DNA of 24,235 nucleotides from Utricularia gibba (GCA_002189035.1 NEEC01000347.1:1-24235); one strand, 5' to 3'; counted from the stretch's first letter, positions 1 to 11,902 are shown. Translations and numbers: made by a program. The notes: generated by a model not told the origin, from the letters alone.

Positions 1-2623
1 ATGCTTCCTGATGAATTTGGGAATCCACTGTGGTTTACTGCTGATGAGCTTGCAGAACTCAAAGGAACAACATTGCATCGAGCTACTGAGCTTCAGGTCA
101 TCTATTTTCTCTACAAAAATAATATCATATCCCTCATCTTTGAAGCTCTTCTTTCTGATATTTTCCTTCAAAATGAATTTCATTTTCTCCTACTGTAAGA
201 ATGCCCTCATATTTTTATGGAAAACAAAAATTGCCCCAAGGGATGTTTGTTGTGCTCACAGAAGGAAAATTTGAAGGCTCTATTCGATGATAAAGTGAAG
301 AATTTAGTTCAAAAGCTTTTGGTTCTTGATGGGGAACATGAAAGGTATACTTGGGCTCCTTAATGTTTTACGTTATGTATTCCTTTTGGTTTAGTTTAAA
401 TAGTTTCTTTGCATTCTGTTGTGTACTAAAACCGAAAAATTTTATTTTTCTGCATTCACTGTCATCTTGCAGAGATGTCCAATTTGAGGACTTCCTTTGG
501 TATGTAACACAACTCCTTGTGGTTTGTTCACGTTTAATATTTCTTGATGTTCTCTCTTGTTAACTGGTACACACAGGGCTAATTCCATATTTTGGACTCG
601 TGCTCTGAATATTCCTTTCCCTCGCTCACATGTGTTCCCACAAGTTCAACAAATGCATGACAGCTCAAGCGTCGAGCTCTCTGCTTTTGCATGTGGTTCA
701 TCTAAAAATATGCCAGACGGGGAAACTGTCGAAAGTAAGGCTGCAGTCATCCTATTTTCTCAAATGCATGTGGTACATCTGTCTTTAATCCATGTGGACT
801 AGTGTGGCTAATCAGCTGTTGAGATAAACCAAGGTGTACTGAGCTCCGTAGAAGATGAAGCTGTATATGTCGAGGCTCTTGTGCCAGGAATTGATTTCTG
901 CAATCATGGTAATATGATAATCATTCTATCAGTATGCTGTTTAAGCTGTCCTTATGTTGCACACACCAGAACCATAAGTTCTAATTCAACATGTTGTAGA
1001 TTGTCAAACTTCTCCATTTTGGCATGTGTTATATTCACAGAATTGGCTTATGTAGATTTGCAGCCTTCGGCAACATGGGAGGTAGATGTAACTGGGTCTA
1101 CCACTGGGGCTTGTTCTTCTATGTATCTTCTTTCTGGTAAGTTCTTGTACTACTTCTAGATAGTATCAGGTATTTTTCTTCAGTTTAAATGGCAAGCTAC
1201 TGATGAGAGATCAGACTGTAGCAGTTGAAGGCATTACTCCCGATGATAAGAAAGAGATATCCATTAGTTATGGCAACAAGGGAAATGAGGTACAACGGCC
1301 TCTTCAAATTATTCTGTGGCGAAGTCTTTCAATATAAAGGTGGTTAGGTATACCAAATTGGTTATTCAACAAGTGTAATGGAGTTTTTGAGGATGGGAGT
1401 CATCATTGGTATTTCGTTTAACTTCACCGTTTTATGTATCCTCTCGTATAAGCACCGTCCAATTAGGTATCCCAAATTGGTTAGTCTGAAAACTTTTAAC
1501 TGCTGAAACTAGCTGGCAGATAATCTTTTCCAAAACTTCCGCTATTGATTGCAACCTGGTGCAGGAGCTTCTCTACCTTTATGGATTCGTTATAGAGGAT
1601 AACCCTGATGACTATCTCATGGTGAGTAATTTTTTTCTCAGCTTGTCATTAGATAATTTTTTGTTTTTTAGGACGTTTCCATGAAACATCACAGATTCAT
1701 TATCCCATGGAAGCTCTAATGGATGCGCCCTTCTCGGAGGCCAAAATGCAGCTTCTTGAGGCACAGGTATTATTTCTATAGTTGCAAGGGTATTGCGCGA
1801 AGAGACTCTTACATGTCTTTTTAGCATCCATGTCGCCTCTTTCTCTACAGGAAGCTAATGCTAGGTGCCTATTGCCCAGAACTCTGCTGAAAAACGGTTT
1901 TCCCCTTGAATGTGGAGGAACCAACAACGATGGACAAGATCCCACAATCTTGTCTTACCACGATAAACTTGTTTTTCCTGAAGAATTCTTGTCTGCCTTG
2001 AGAACAATAGCCATGAAAGAAAGTGAGCTCTACCATGTTACTTCCATGCTTGACCAGGTAATTCTTCCAGTTCATTATTCCATGATATCTTCCTGCTAAA
2101 AATTTTCCTACATGTTTCTGAAGCTGGTGGAACGGAGAGGCGATCAGCTCTGTCTGAAGAGCAGGTGCGATCAGCTATCCAGGACGCTTGTGGAGATAGC
2201 AATGCTCTCCAACTTCTCGTTGATCTCCTTTCCATGAAGTAACTCGAAAGTTCCTTTGTTTTTTTTTTCCACAGCTGAACCTTGTTCTCCTGATCCTGTT
2301 CCCTCTGCTCTACCTCCACAGGCTGATGGAACTGGAAGAGGGCACGGGAACAGAAGCGAGAGATGCTGAGCTGCTTTCAGTGGAAAAGAAAAGGCAAGTC
2401 AAGTTATTCCGCCGCGCCGTACATACAGTCCAGGAACTGGATTATTGACTTCCATGGATTCTTGCTTTTCTGCTGCAGACTTGATGGAGAAGACGATGGC
2501 GGCCGAAACAGGTGGGCGTGTTTAGTGTACAGGCACGGGCAGAAGCAACTCACTCGTGCCTTCCTAAGGGAAGCAGAGCGCGGTCTAGAGCTGGCGTTAC
2601 TTCCGTCCCACATCGGAAAATAA
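1..2623 (+). CDS. SET-domain protein lysine methyltransferase, Rubisco-LSMT/SETD3-SETD6-like (Arabidopsis At1g01920-like); 5' end lies upstream of the window
   Basis: Exons read manually: 1-96, 262-344, 473-499, 577-734, 816-908, 1056-1136, 1222-1289, 1565-1621, 1695-1766, 1851-2057, 2124-2238, 2322-2393, 2479-2623. Motifs EDFLWANSIFWTRALNIP, VEALVPGIDFCNH, EISISYGNKGNEELLYLYGF, RNRWACLVYRHGQKQLTR. All introns are GT-AG except a GC-AG at 2394-2478. One G appears missing at ~2129 (restoring it gives LVGTERR...), probably a consensus error. Confidence 0.92.
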
Positions 2624-3062
2624 CCAGGGCCGGAAACGATGGGTCATTTTAGAAAAATTCTCATCTCATACGCAAAATAGTCATATAATATATTGACGTA
2701 AATTATTTGGAATTTACATGAATTACGTCAATATGAAACATTTGTTTCCGTTTCGGTTTCATACCTTGGCCGTGGGTGTAATGAGATAACACGAAATAAG
2801 ATTACATAAATTATATATGTAAATAATTAATAATTAAGTGAATTATCATATTTATCATGATATTATATGAATATAATGGTGATAGGGACTCTTGGGAATA
2901 ATATTATCATTTCAATATGTACATAATAAGATAATAAAATATAATTTTTCTTTTTACAGCGGGGCGTCTAAATTGTATAAAAGGAATACATCCCGTATAG
3001 TATAGAGTATTATAATTTAAATGTATTATACATTACATGCTCCTGTATTGTAATTTGTAGTT

Positions 3063-3343
3063 GGGACGGGAGAAAGAGCGATAAAGAGGTACAAGAAGGT
3101 CCTCCAAGGCGTCAAGTACAAATTCTTTTCAAATTTCTCATCAACAACATAATCCCTGTCATCACTTCTTTTCTACTAACCCTTCCACAAAACACAAACC
3201 TGAGTAGTTTCCTGTGCTCTGGATCTTCCTTACGTCCCTATTTGTATATTCAATTCTGCAAATTCTTGCAATCCCTTACTCGAGAAATCAACGCCCTTTT
3301 TTACGGTGCTGCTTCCGCGTCTGCTGCCTTTGCTCTCTTCGCG
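3063..3343 (+). pseudogene. Degraded 5' half of the small 4-TM family gene (left arm of fold-back)
   Basis: Encodes remnants FKFLINNIIPVITS, VLWIFLTSLFVYSILQILAI and FYGAASASAAFALFA, matching 13164-13707 and 17911-18430. It has indels and is truncated at TTCGCG (3343). Confidence 0.85.
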
Positions 3344-3753
3344 GCGGGGGCAGTGCCTCGATGTCAGAATCAGCTTCAGTTTCTCCGGCGGAGGAGATTC
3401 CAGTTATTCCAATTCGTTGCAACAATCAGAGGTATAGAGAGAGCAACAGCTGGAAAGAAAGAGAAACGCGTAGGCATGAAGAACGCGAAGAGGGCAAAGG
3501 GCAGCAGACGCGGAAGCAGCACCGTAAAAAAAGGATGCTGATTTCTCCCAAAATGATTGCAAGAATTGAATATACAAAAAGGGACGCCAGATCCAGCACA
3601 GGAGAACTACTCAGGTTCGTGCTTTGTGGAAGAAGGTCAGTAGAGAAAGAGTGGTGACCGGGATTACGTTGTTGATGAGAAATTTGAAAAGAATTTGTAC
3701 TTCACGCCTTGGAGGAGCTTCTTGTACCTCTCTATCGCTCTTTCTCCGGTCCC
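3063..3753. repeat. Long inverted repeat: arms 3063-3343 and ~3480-3753, ~135-nt loop
   Basis: Arms aligned by eye at roughly 85% identity. A perfect 35-bp stem starts at 3114-3148 (AAGTACAAATTCTTTTCAAATTTCTCATCAACAAC), and a ~30-bp perfect stem pairs 3299-3328 with 3499-3528. Confidence 0.9.
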
Positions 3754-3790
3754 TGATAGATAGCTGCTCCTTGTCGCCCTTCCTTCCCAT
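3344..3790 (-). pseudogene. Inverted, frameshifted copy of the small 4-TM gene with a different N-terminus (MGRKGDKEQLSIRDRRKSDREVQEAPPRREVQILFKFLINNVIPV...)
   Basis: The reverse complement matches the family through FMPTRFSF..ATNWNNWNLL..ETEADSDIEA. There is a candidate ATG at 3790-3788 and several indels. Confidence 0.85.
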
Positions 3791-3864
3791 CCCATGTTGG
3801 ATGGGGTAAATGATTGCAAGAATTTGCAGAATTGAGTACACAGCATTCTGTATAAAAAAGGGCC

Positions 3865-4035
3865 GCTGCTATGGTGTGATCGGAGCTGCGTTTCTTTTTA
3901 TCATGTATAAATTAACAGCCTTCCTTATACACTGAGTGAACGCGTCTTTGATGTATAATATTTTGTTCATTTTGTAATGTTTAATTTAAAAAATGTGGGC
4001 TTTGTGTACTATTTTTTTGGCAAAGAAAAGATAAT
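3865..4035 (+). repeat. 3' end and downstream flank of the 4-TM gene (remnant)
   Basis: GCTATGGTGTGATCGGAGCTG...TTATACACTGAGTGAACGCG...GATGTATAAT...TTTGTGTACTATTTTT aligns with 18418-18615. Confidence 0.8.
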
Positions 4036-4039
4036 TTTC

Positions 4040-4496
4040 GAATCATCGCACTCTTCTGTATCGGATGCTGAGGAGGATCCATCTCTGTCTCTGCCCCAGC
4101 CAACTTGTTCATCGCCGCTTCCGACGGCCAGACGAAACTGCTCCCTTACATCAGGAGCAACGATGCCGATCATCACACTTCACATTCACATCTATGGCCG
4201 TGAATACTACCTCCTGAGTGTTCTTCTTCGTGATCTACAGCCGTGCCATGGCAATGCGCCTCAGTTGCAATGGTTTCATACTAGAGGACTCTGAATCTTC
4301 TCTGCTGCTTGCACCACCGCCGCCTAACTGCAACTTATCTGCAACGCCTTCTGTCTTTTTATGGGCTGTTGATATATTTTCGTTCTCATCCACTGGATTC
4401 AAGTCAGCAGCTATTGATGTGCAGTCATAATTCTCTTCATCTTCTTCGAGTGTCCTTTGCATTGCCTTTAGTTGTTCCTGCTGCCTCACGAATAGC
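4040..4496 (-). pseudogene. Inverted duplicate of the FHA gene's last exon with ~440-bp internal deletion
   Basis: The reverse complement matches 8507-8835 (RQQEQLKAMQRTLEEDEENYDCTSIAA...) joined directly to 9277-9403, with the junction at 4173/4174. It also has small indels and begins mid-exon. Confidence 0.92.
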
Positions 4497-4661
4497 TATG
4501 TGACTAGAATGTGCTAAATTAATATACTTCCACAAACTACAATGGATTTGCACCTTTTTGTGGTACTGAATTGGTCAGTGAAGACACTTGGTTTGCCTTT
4601 TATTTTTTAAATGAGAAGATTCATTTTTTGAAGTTGAGTTGGATCTTGCACCATATGGCAG

Positions 4662-5055
4662 AATTCTGGCACTCTGTGCGAGTGGCCTATTATGATGGGA
4701 CTATATTCCATCCAAAAATTAAGGGCTTCATGATACAAGGTGGTGATCCCACTAACACTGGCAAGGGAGGAACAAGTATATATGGGGTAAAAAGTTCAGT
4801 GATGAGATAAAAGAATCTCTCAAGGCTAGTTTTTCTGTACTTTTTTGGTTTCATGAAAATCATACTATGCTAGTGATATGTTTCTTTTGAACAATCACTG
4901 ATGTTCTTCTACTTCATTGCGTATTACAGCACAATGCTCGAGGTATACTATCCATGGCTAACAGTGGCCCCAACACCAATGGAAGTCAGTTTTTCATAAC
5001 ACACGGCAAGGACTCTACACCATCTTCGGTAAAGTGATTCATGGATTTAAAGTTC
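4662..5055 (+). pseudogene. CYP18-1: Cyclophilin CYP18-1/PPIL3-type, internal exons only
   Basis: Exon 4662-4824 is ~[17 protein letters not shown](R>P)(N>K)[23 protein letters not shown]..., and exon 4930-5055 is [37 protein letters not shown]. Lesions are several frameshifts, a ~16-nt deletion (QPHLN), a GC donor at 4825, the catalytic Arg of FHR changed to Pro, and no 3' end. Confidence 0.92.
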
Positions 5056-5120
5056 AGTAAGGAACAGTGAACCGGTTTAATGACTGGCTTGTGAACCGGA
5101 GGACAAGCTATTCGATTTTT

Positions 5121-5186
5121 TGGGCTTTGAGTGGCTATATGTAAAAAAGCTCGTTTGTGGTAATTGGGCCTTACTACTGATGGGCT
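5121..5186 (+). promoter_or_regulatory. Three site II motifs (TGGGCY) upstream of the FHA gene
   Basis: TGGGCT 5121-5126, TGGGCC 5165-5170 and TGGGCT 5181-5186, ~190-250 nt upstream of ATG 5370. This is the typical TCP-bound proximal promoter cluster. Confidence 0.55.
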
Positions 5187-5369
5187 TGACGATCCACGTC
5201 AGTGAATAGTGAAAAGACAAGAAAATCCTCCACGCCCAGCTTCCTCGAGACGCTGGAACTGAGTGATACCGAAAAGCGCGGCCAACGGCACCTACATGCG
5301 GAGCCTATAGGTTTTATGAAATACGCGCCATTCCGGAATTGGAATCTAGTTGCAATACCTCCTGGCTCA

Positions 5370-8300
5370 ATGGCGAAGGTTAATGGAAGCCCGGCGTCAC
5401 AGGGGTCCTCTGGCGGGAGTCCGAACCCGGCGAGAGATCCTACTGCTCTCCCCCTTGCGAATTCGGCCAACGAACACTGTAAAGGCAACATCACCCCTGG
5501 GCCGGAAATTGGAGTCTCTGTGCCTCAGGAAACTGCCGCGGCATCGGAAGAGTTCATATCCTCTGTCGCTGCAATGGTAGCCGCTCAGCCGGTGCCGCCT
5601 TCGGATCTCAATGTTTGGGGCGTGCTCACAGCTATAACTGATAAGGCACGAAAGCGGAAACAGGTTTGTGAGTTTACCATTGGTTGTTTGTGAGTTTCAT
5701 TTCATTAGAATCTTGGATTTTGTGATTCACAAATGCTTCTTGCTTGGAGAAGCTTTCCTTCAGTAAACAGTACTGTTTTTTTTTTCTTTTTATTTCGGTA
5801 CCGATACATGACTTTTTATACAAGGGCGTTAATATGCTTCTGACATCGGATGAGCACTGCATTGGCCGGCTTGTGGATGATCCAAATTTCCGGATTATGT
5901 CACCTGCGGTTAGTGCTCGTCATTGCAAGATTACTAGAAAGCGAGTTACTACAAAAGATACAGAGGATCAATCTGGCTGCTGTTTTTCGGTATTCTTGAA
6001 GGATACGAGGTCAAAGATCCTTCATGCAGGTTGTGAATTATATTTTTTGTAATATACTGATGATTAATTGTTGTCTGCAGTACAAATGGTACGTATTGGA
6101 ACTGGGAAAAGCTGAGTAAAAGTGCCTCGGATGTAAAGCTGTGTCATGGAGACATTATCTCCATAGCATTTGCACCGCATCATGGTAAAGCCCATGCTTT
6201 TTAACTAAGAGTCTATATTAGTTCGATTTCAACTAAATAGCTCTGCAGCATAATGCACTAGAGTATTCTTAAATGAATCTTGCCTGTCCTGTTTTACAAA
6301 ACTTCATCAATTGCAGAGCTTGCATTTGCTTTTGTTTTTCGAGAAGTCAAGATGTCGTCAACCGTATCTCCTTGCAGGCTTTTAAAGCGAAAACCAGGTA
6401 CCCACATGTGTGTATCTTCTCTTTGGAATTGGTTGATGCGAGTTCTCGTAATCATGCATAAGGCAAGAACTAACTTTATAAGCGCATATTTCTCATTTTG
6501 TTTCAAGATGATTTTCCTGCTGAGAGCAAGAGACATAAGGGTCTCGGCATAGGCGCTTCTGATGGTCCGGTGTCTCTTGATGATTTTCGGAGCCTTCAAA
6601 GATCTAACACAGTAACTACTGCTTATACATGACTGTGACACTAGCATACCCCTTCGAAAATTTCATTCCTGTATATTCAAAATATTTGGTTGAAATCTTG
6701 CTGGATTCTCAACAAGTCATTCTATGTAGGATCTCCGGAAACTTCTGGAGGATAATGTTGCGACATTGAATCCCTACGAAAGGATAACCAAATAGCCAGT
6801 GAAAAGCATGAGATTGTATGTCTGCTTTTTCTTATGCACTTTTTTCTTTTACAGTTTCTAGACTATGAACTTGCCGTGAGTTTCATTTAAAAAACGAGAG
6901 TCGTTTTTCAACTATCTGGTTCTTGGACATTCACTTTTGTCTCATTCTATTTCCTTGTTTGTTTTCCTTTTGTAGGAAATGAAAAACTTGAAAGAATCAA
7001 CCTCAAAACTTTATGGATAAGCTATCTGAATTGACTCGAACATTGGAGGCACAAGATAAGGAGTTGATGGAGCTGAACAAAATCTCAGCTGACCAGAAGC
7101 ATGAAATAGACACCCTTAGTCAGCGGCTCGCTGCTTCTGTACAGTCATTTGTTGAAGCCAATGAAATAATGGAGTGGTACGTTGCTTGTTTAGAATTTCA
7201 GGTTGATATTGTCTTGCTTGGTCCTGTTTGTGTCTGATTTCATTAGTAGTACTTGTTCCAAGTCATTGTCAAGGTTCATGCGGAAGCCTGGATGAATTTT
7301 TCATATCCAGAATCACTTTCTTCAAAAGCATTATCATGAACTAATTTTTCGTCTTCAGAGGCTGGAATTATTTAGGATTCCTGATCTATGAATGTACACT
7401 TTTAAACATCTATCTCTTTTTCAGCCAAAAGAAGTCTATATCGCAACTCAAAGCACAATTAGATGAAGAACGTGATCTGAGAAGGGAGGAGCGAGAAAAG
7501 GCATCTGTGGATATGAAAATGGCACTACAGAAAGTCCAAGCGGAGGCTGAAGAGGAGCTAAAACGTAAGTCTGAGTGTGCACTGAAGCGAGAGAAGGAAC
7601 AACAAGATATCATACAGAAGCTTCAGGTTTTCTGGATTTCTCCATAAAATCATATGCGCTCGTTTTTCTCACAGATTCCTTGTTCTCATTTTTTTTAAAT
7701 TCAGGAATCCGAGAAAGAAAGGTGTCTATTGGTGGAAACTTTACGCTCAAAATTGGTATGAGATGATTTCCAATTTTAATTTCATCTGAACACGTTTCTT
7801 TGAATAATGCTCTCGGTACTAACCTTTTGTAGGAAGACACAAGAGAAAAACTGGTTAGCTCTGATAACAAAGTGCGGCATCTGGAGTCTCAGATTTCTCA
7901 GGAACGGGAAGCTAATGCTGTCAATAGAAAAGTATCTTGATTCTTTCTTCTTGCACCATATGTTTTTTACATTAAGATTTCTCGATATCCATTAGAACTT
8001 GTCTCTATGAACCCAGAAGCTTGAAGAACTTGAGCATGAGAGAACAAGACTGACTAAAAAACTTGAGAATGAAAAGGTACACTTTGCTGCTCGACATTTT
8101 ATAAAAGAGAGCTTAACATTGTTTTGATGTTGTGGTGCTTTAGATGTGCTTCAAACTATCTTCTTTCTAGAAATAATGGGTTGCAGATTTCGATCTGATT
8201 TTTTCTTGGTGCTGTAGCAGGCTGCTCGGGAAGAAGCTTGGGCTAAGGTGTCTGCTCTTGAACTCGAAATAACTGCTGCCATGCGTGATCTTGACTGTGA

Positions 8301-9417
8301 AAGACGCAGACTAAAAGCTGCCAAGGAAAGAATAATGCTGCGGTACGCATTGTGGGAAATACAAACCTCTTAAAGCTGATAGATAATTTCATACCATCTG
8401 CTTCCTTTGTTTTTAGTTGTAAATGCTTGAAATTCACTTCATGTCGACCCTGCTGCAGCGAAACTCAGCTTCGTGCTTTCTACTCAAGCACAGAGGAAAT
8501 ACAATTGCTATTCGTGAGGCAGCAGGAACAACTAAAGGCAATGCAAAGGACACTCGAAGAAGATGAAGAGAATTATGACTGCACATCAATAGCTGCTGAA
8601 TTGAATCCAGTGGATGAGAACGAAAATATATCAACAGCCCATAAAAAGACAGAAGGCGTTGCAGATAAGTTGCAGTTAGGCGGCGGTGGAGCAAGCAGCA
8701 GAGAAGATTCAGAGTCCTCAAGTGATGAAACCATTGCAACTGAGGCGCATAGCCATGATGCCACGGCTGTAGATCACGAAGAAGAAGACACTCAGGAGGT
8801 AGTATTCACGACCATAGATGTGAATATGAAGTGTGCTTTTGACGTTAACGCCGTTGGAACAGAGCTGATACCCGAGACGGAGGGTGTAGGCACAGCCAGG
8901 ATCCATGAAACTGAGCATGTCTCGGAGACGCAGAGCCAGGGACGTGGCATCGACACCACACAGTTGGAATGCAAGATGGATGTAGACAAACACCCGCCAC
9001 AGATGAGTGCCGTGTGAGTCATGGAGAAGCTAACCCTGAGGCGTCTGGAGCTCAGGATCTGAGAGAATGTGCTCATGGAACAGCAGACCTCTTGGCATCA
9101 GAAGTAGCCGGCAGCTGGGCCTGCAGCACTGCACCTTCAGCCCTTGGGGAAAACGAGTCTGGAGAAGCAAAGATCACGACGCGGGTGATCCCACTGCTTC
9201 CGAGAGTCGGAATGTTGCACCCTCCCATGTTAGAGCTTGTGCGCGAAGAAATCATGAGCGCCGGGCATTGAGCGAGATGATCGGCATCGTTGCTCCTGAT
9301 GTAAGGGAACAGTTTCGTCTGGCCGTCGAAAGCGGCTATGAACAAGTTGGCTCGGGCGGGGATGGATCCTTGTCTGCTTCCGATACAGAAGACTGCGATG
9401 ATTCCAATGAAGGATGA
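5370..9417 (+). CDS. SMAD/FHA-domain coiled-coil protein (Arabidopsis At2g45460-like)
   Basis: Exons: 5370-5663, 5825-6009, 6081-6184, 6317-6397, 6508-6611, 6730-6815, 6976-7176, 7425-7626, 7705-7755, 7833-7931, 8017-8076, 8221-8342, 8459-9417. Motifs VWGVLTAI, LLTSDEHCIGR, DTSTNGT, GLGIGASDGPVSLDDFRSLQRSN, AAREEAWAKVSALELE, ETQLRAFYSST, LLASEVAGSWACSTAPS, ALSEMIGIVAPD. Apparent homopolymer losses at ~6765, ~7005-7012 (2 nt), ~8990 and ~9163. An alternative in-frame ATG is at 5316. Confidence 0.9.
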
Positions 9418-9439
9418 TGGATGATCACGATATGAATCC

Positions 9440-9570
9440 CTTCTCTGGTTTCCCCACGACCACAATCACCACCCGTTTTAAACATTTCCCTTTTTTAACA
9501 ACCTTTTTTTCCCAAAATTATCTTTTCGTTTCCAACATTATTCCTCAAAAATAATACACAAAATTCCTCA
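9440..9570 (-). repeat. Inverted copy of the 4-TM/VAP27 intergenic flank element
   Basis: The reverse complement aligns with 10500-10625 and 18550-18680, and it is colinear with 12960-13075. It directly follows the FHA stop codon. Confidence 0.75.
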
Positions 9571-9817
9571 TTTCACCAGGCACCACCACATCCTCATCAA
9601 CTTCTCCGTCCCAGCTCAAACCTTCCCCGGGACAGTCCCCGCCACCATATTCTCCGATTCCACGACCTCCAAGATGGAGAAGCAGATTGAGATTTTCAAA
9701 TTTCTCACCAAATCCATATTCCCCGTCTCGACTTCTCTTCTCCCCACCCTTGTACACGACAAGACGAACCTGAACAGTGCTCCTGTGCTGTAGATCTTCC
9801 TCACGTCTCTCTTTGTG
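9567..9817 (+). pseudogene. 5' fragment of 4-TM exon 2
   Basis: It keeps the acceptor TTCACCAG, then HHHILINFSVPAQTFPGTVPATIFSDSTTSKMEKQIEIFKF.... A TGG>TAG stop lies at 9791-9793, it is truncated at 9817, and it has no exon 1. Confidence 0.88.
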
Positions 9818-9879
9818 GAAACGAAACAAATCTCTCTGTTCACTTCAGTTAGTTCAGTTTCTTGTGAAACGAAACGAAA

Positions 9880-10404
9880 ATGAAATCCCTCATTTCACCT
9901 CATCAACTTCTCCGTGCCAGGCCAGACCGTCCCGCGACAGTCTACGCCACCATCTTCCGATTCTACGAGCTCCAAGACGGAGAAGCTGGTGGAGATTTTC
10001 AAATTTCTCATCAAAAACATAATCCCCGTCACGACGTCTTTACTCTAAGCCTTCTACACGACAAGACGAACCTGAGTAGTGTTCCTGTGCTGTGGATCTT
10101 CCTCACGTCTCTCTTCGTGTATTCAACTCTACACATTCTCGCCATCATTTACCCTCACAGGAGAAACGGGTGCCTTTTTTACGGTGCTGCTTCCGCCTCT
10201 GCTGCCATTGCTCTCTTCGCGTTCCTCGCGTTCTTCATGCCTACGCGTTTCTCTTTCATTCCAGCTGCTGCTCTCTCTATTGCTGTGATTGTTGCAGCGA
10301 ATTGGGATAACTGGAATCTCCTCCGCCGCGACTCCACCGGAGAAACTGAAGCTGATTCCGACATCGAGGCGCCACCTCCGCCGCCAAGTCTACAGACGGT
10401 GTGA
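9880..10404 (+). pseudogene. 4-TM family copy A: rearranged, 174-aa open frame from an intron-derived ATG
   Basis: The C-terminal ~110 aa match the family (HDKTNLSSVPVLWIFLTSLFVY...ANWDNWNLLRRDS). A 13-nt deletion removes the splice acceptor, there are further 1-, 2- and 1-nt losses, and exon 1 is absent upstream. Confidence 0.7.
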
Positions 10405-10716
10405 TCGGAGGTGCTTGTCTTTTTATCATCAAGGTCTGTTTATACGTTCAGTGTTATATGATCAATTGTACCTATTGTAACGATTAACTACAAATTATGA
10501 ATGGAGTTTTTGTGTATTATTTTTGAGGAATAATGGTGGAAAAGAAAATATAATTTTGGAAAAAGATTGTTAAAGAAGGGCAATGTTTAAAAGGGGAGAT
10601 TCTGGTGGTTGGAAAACCAGATCTCCTCTTCCTGTTCTGTTATTTCTCTCGAATTGTGCGCCGGGATCCGCCACCGCTGCCGGAAAAGTCATTTTTTCGT
10701 CAATTTTCTGTCAGAA

Positions 10717-11902
10717 ATGAGTAACGGAGAGCTTCTTCAAATCGAACCGCTCGAGCTTCAATTTCCTTGTGATTTCTTTCTCTTGTTTTTTTCCTTTGCC
10801 GTGGGCTTCTTTTTTTTTTTTTTTTTTTTGAAGTTTTGATTGTCGATTTGGAAGGATTCTTGTTTCGTGTTCAGTTTCGATATCTGTCGATTTTACTCGG
10901 TTGTCTGCCTTCTGGGCTTTGAATTTTCTTCCACGCGTCTAATTTTTTTTTTATCCAATTCTTTTTCCTTGGTGCGTTGAAAGTCGAATTGAAGAAGCAG
11001 ATCTCGTGTTCCCTGCAATTGATCAACAAATCGGATAATTATGTTGCATTCAAGGTATATGCTGCTGCTTCCTTCCTCAAGTTACGATTTTCAGCGTATT
11101 ATCCCTACGGTCAGACATGAGAAAATGTAAAGGAAGAGGAATTTTGCAATGCATTGTGTAGTATCTCCGTTTGATGATGATTGATGAACACGTTCCAGGT
11201 GAAAACAACTAACCCCAAAAAGTATTGCGTGACACCGAATACGGGAGTCGTCATTCCTCACTCTACATGTGATGTTGCAGGTAATGGATTTTTATTTCAT
11301 CCTTCCGCTTTTGCCTAAGAGGAACGCAGGACTCGGGGTGTATTCCACTCCGCAGTGCTAGTAATTTATGGTTTTCTGATTCATAATTTATGCCCTTCAG
11401 TTACAATGCAAGCACAAAAGGAGGCTCCTCCAGACATGCAGTGCAAGGATAAATTCCTCCTCCAGAGTGTCGTAGCTAGCCCTGGATCAACAGTAAAGGA
11501 TATTACTGCAGAAATGGCGTGTGGCTTGTCAGTGACCCTGATAAGTTGATTAGAGATGCGGGTTGATGTCCAAAAAAAAATGTTCTTTGACAAATGTTTA
11601 TGTCTTTTATCAGTTCAACAAAGAGTCTGGAAATCATGTTGATGAGAACAAGTTGAGAGTTGTGTATGTTCTCCACCTCCAAGGCCACCTTCTCCAGTTT
11701 ATGAGGGAGTGGAGGAAGGCTCAGACAATGGGGCAGCCTATCAGTATTCTGATTCTAATGCTGTGAGTCCTGGGATCTTTTCCTATCAGTATTGTACAAT
11801 TTTTAAATGTCATCAGTTTTGCAATGCATCACAATCTTCCCATCTCTTTTATAATTGCAGATGTTTAAAGCATTGGGTGAACAGAAGGGGACTACAACTG
11901 AG
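10717..11902 (+). pseudogene. VAP27: VAP27 copy A, truncated and frameshifted
   Basis: Exons 10717-10768, 10984-11054, 11199-11280, 11401-11516, from 11614, and 11861-11902. Relative to copy C it has YCVRP>YCVTP, a GT>GC donor at 11517, a 2-nt non-homopolymer insertion (GTTCTCCA vs GTTCCA), a 21-nt deletion in exon 5, and no exons 7-8 (coiled coil, TM anchor). Confidence 0.92.
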
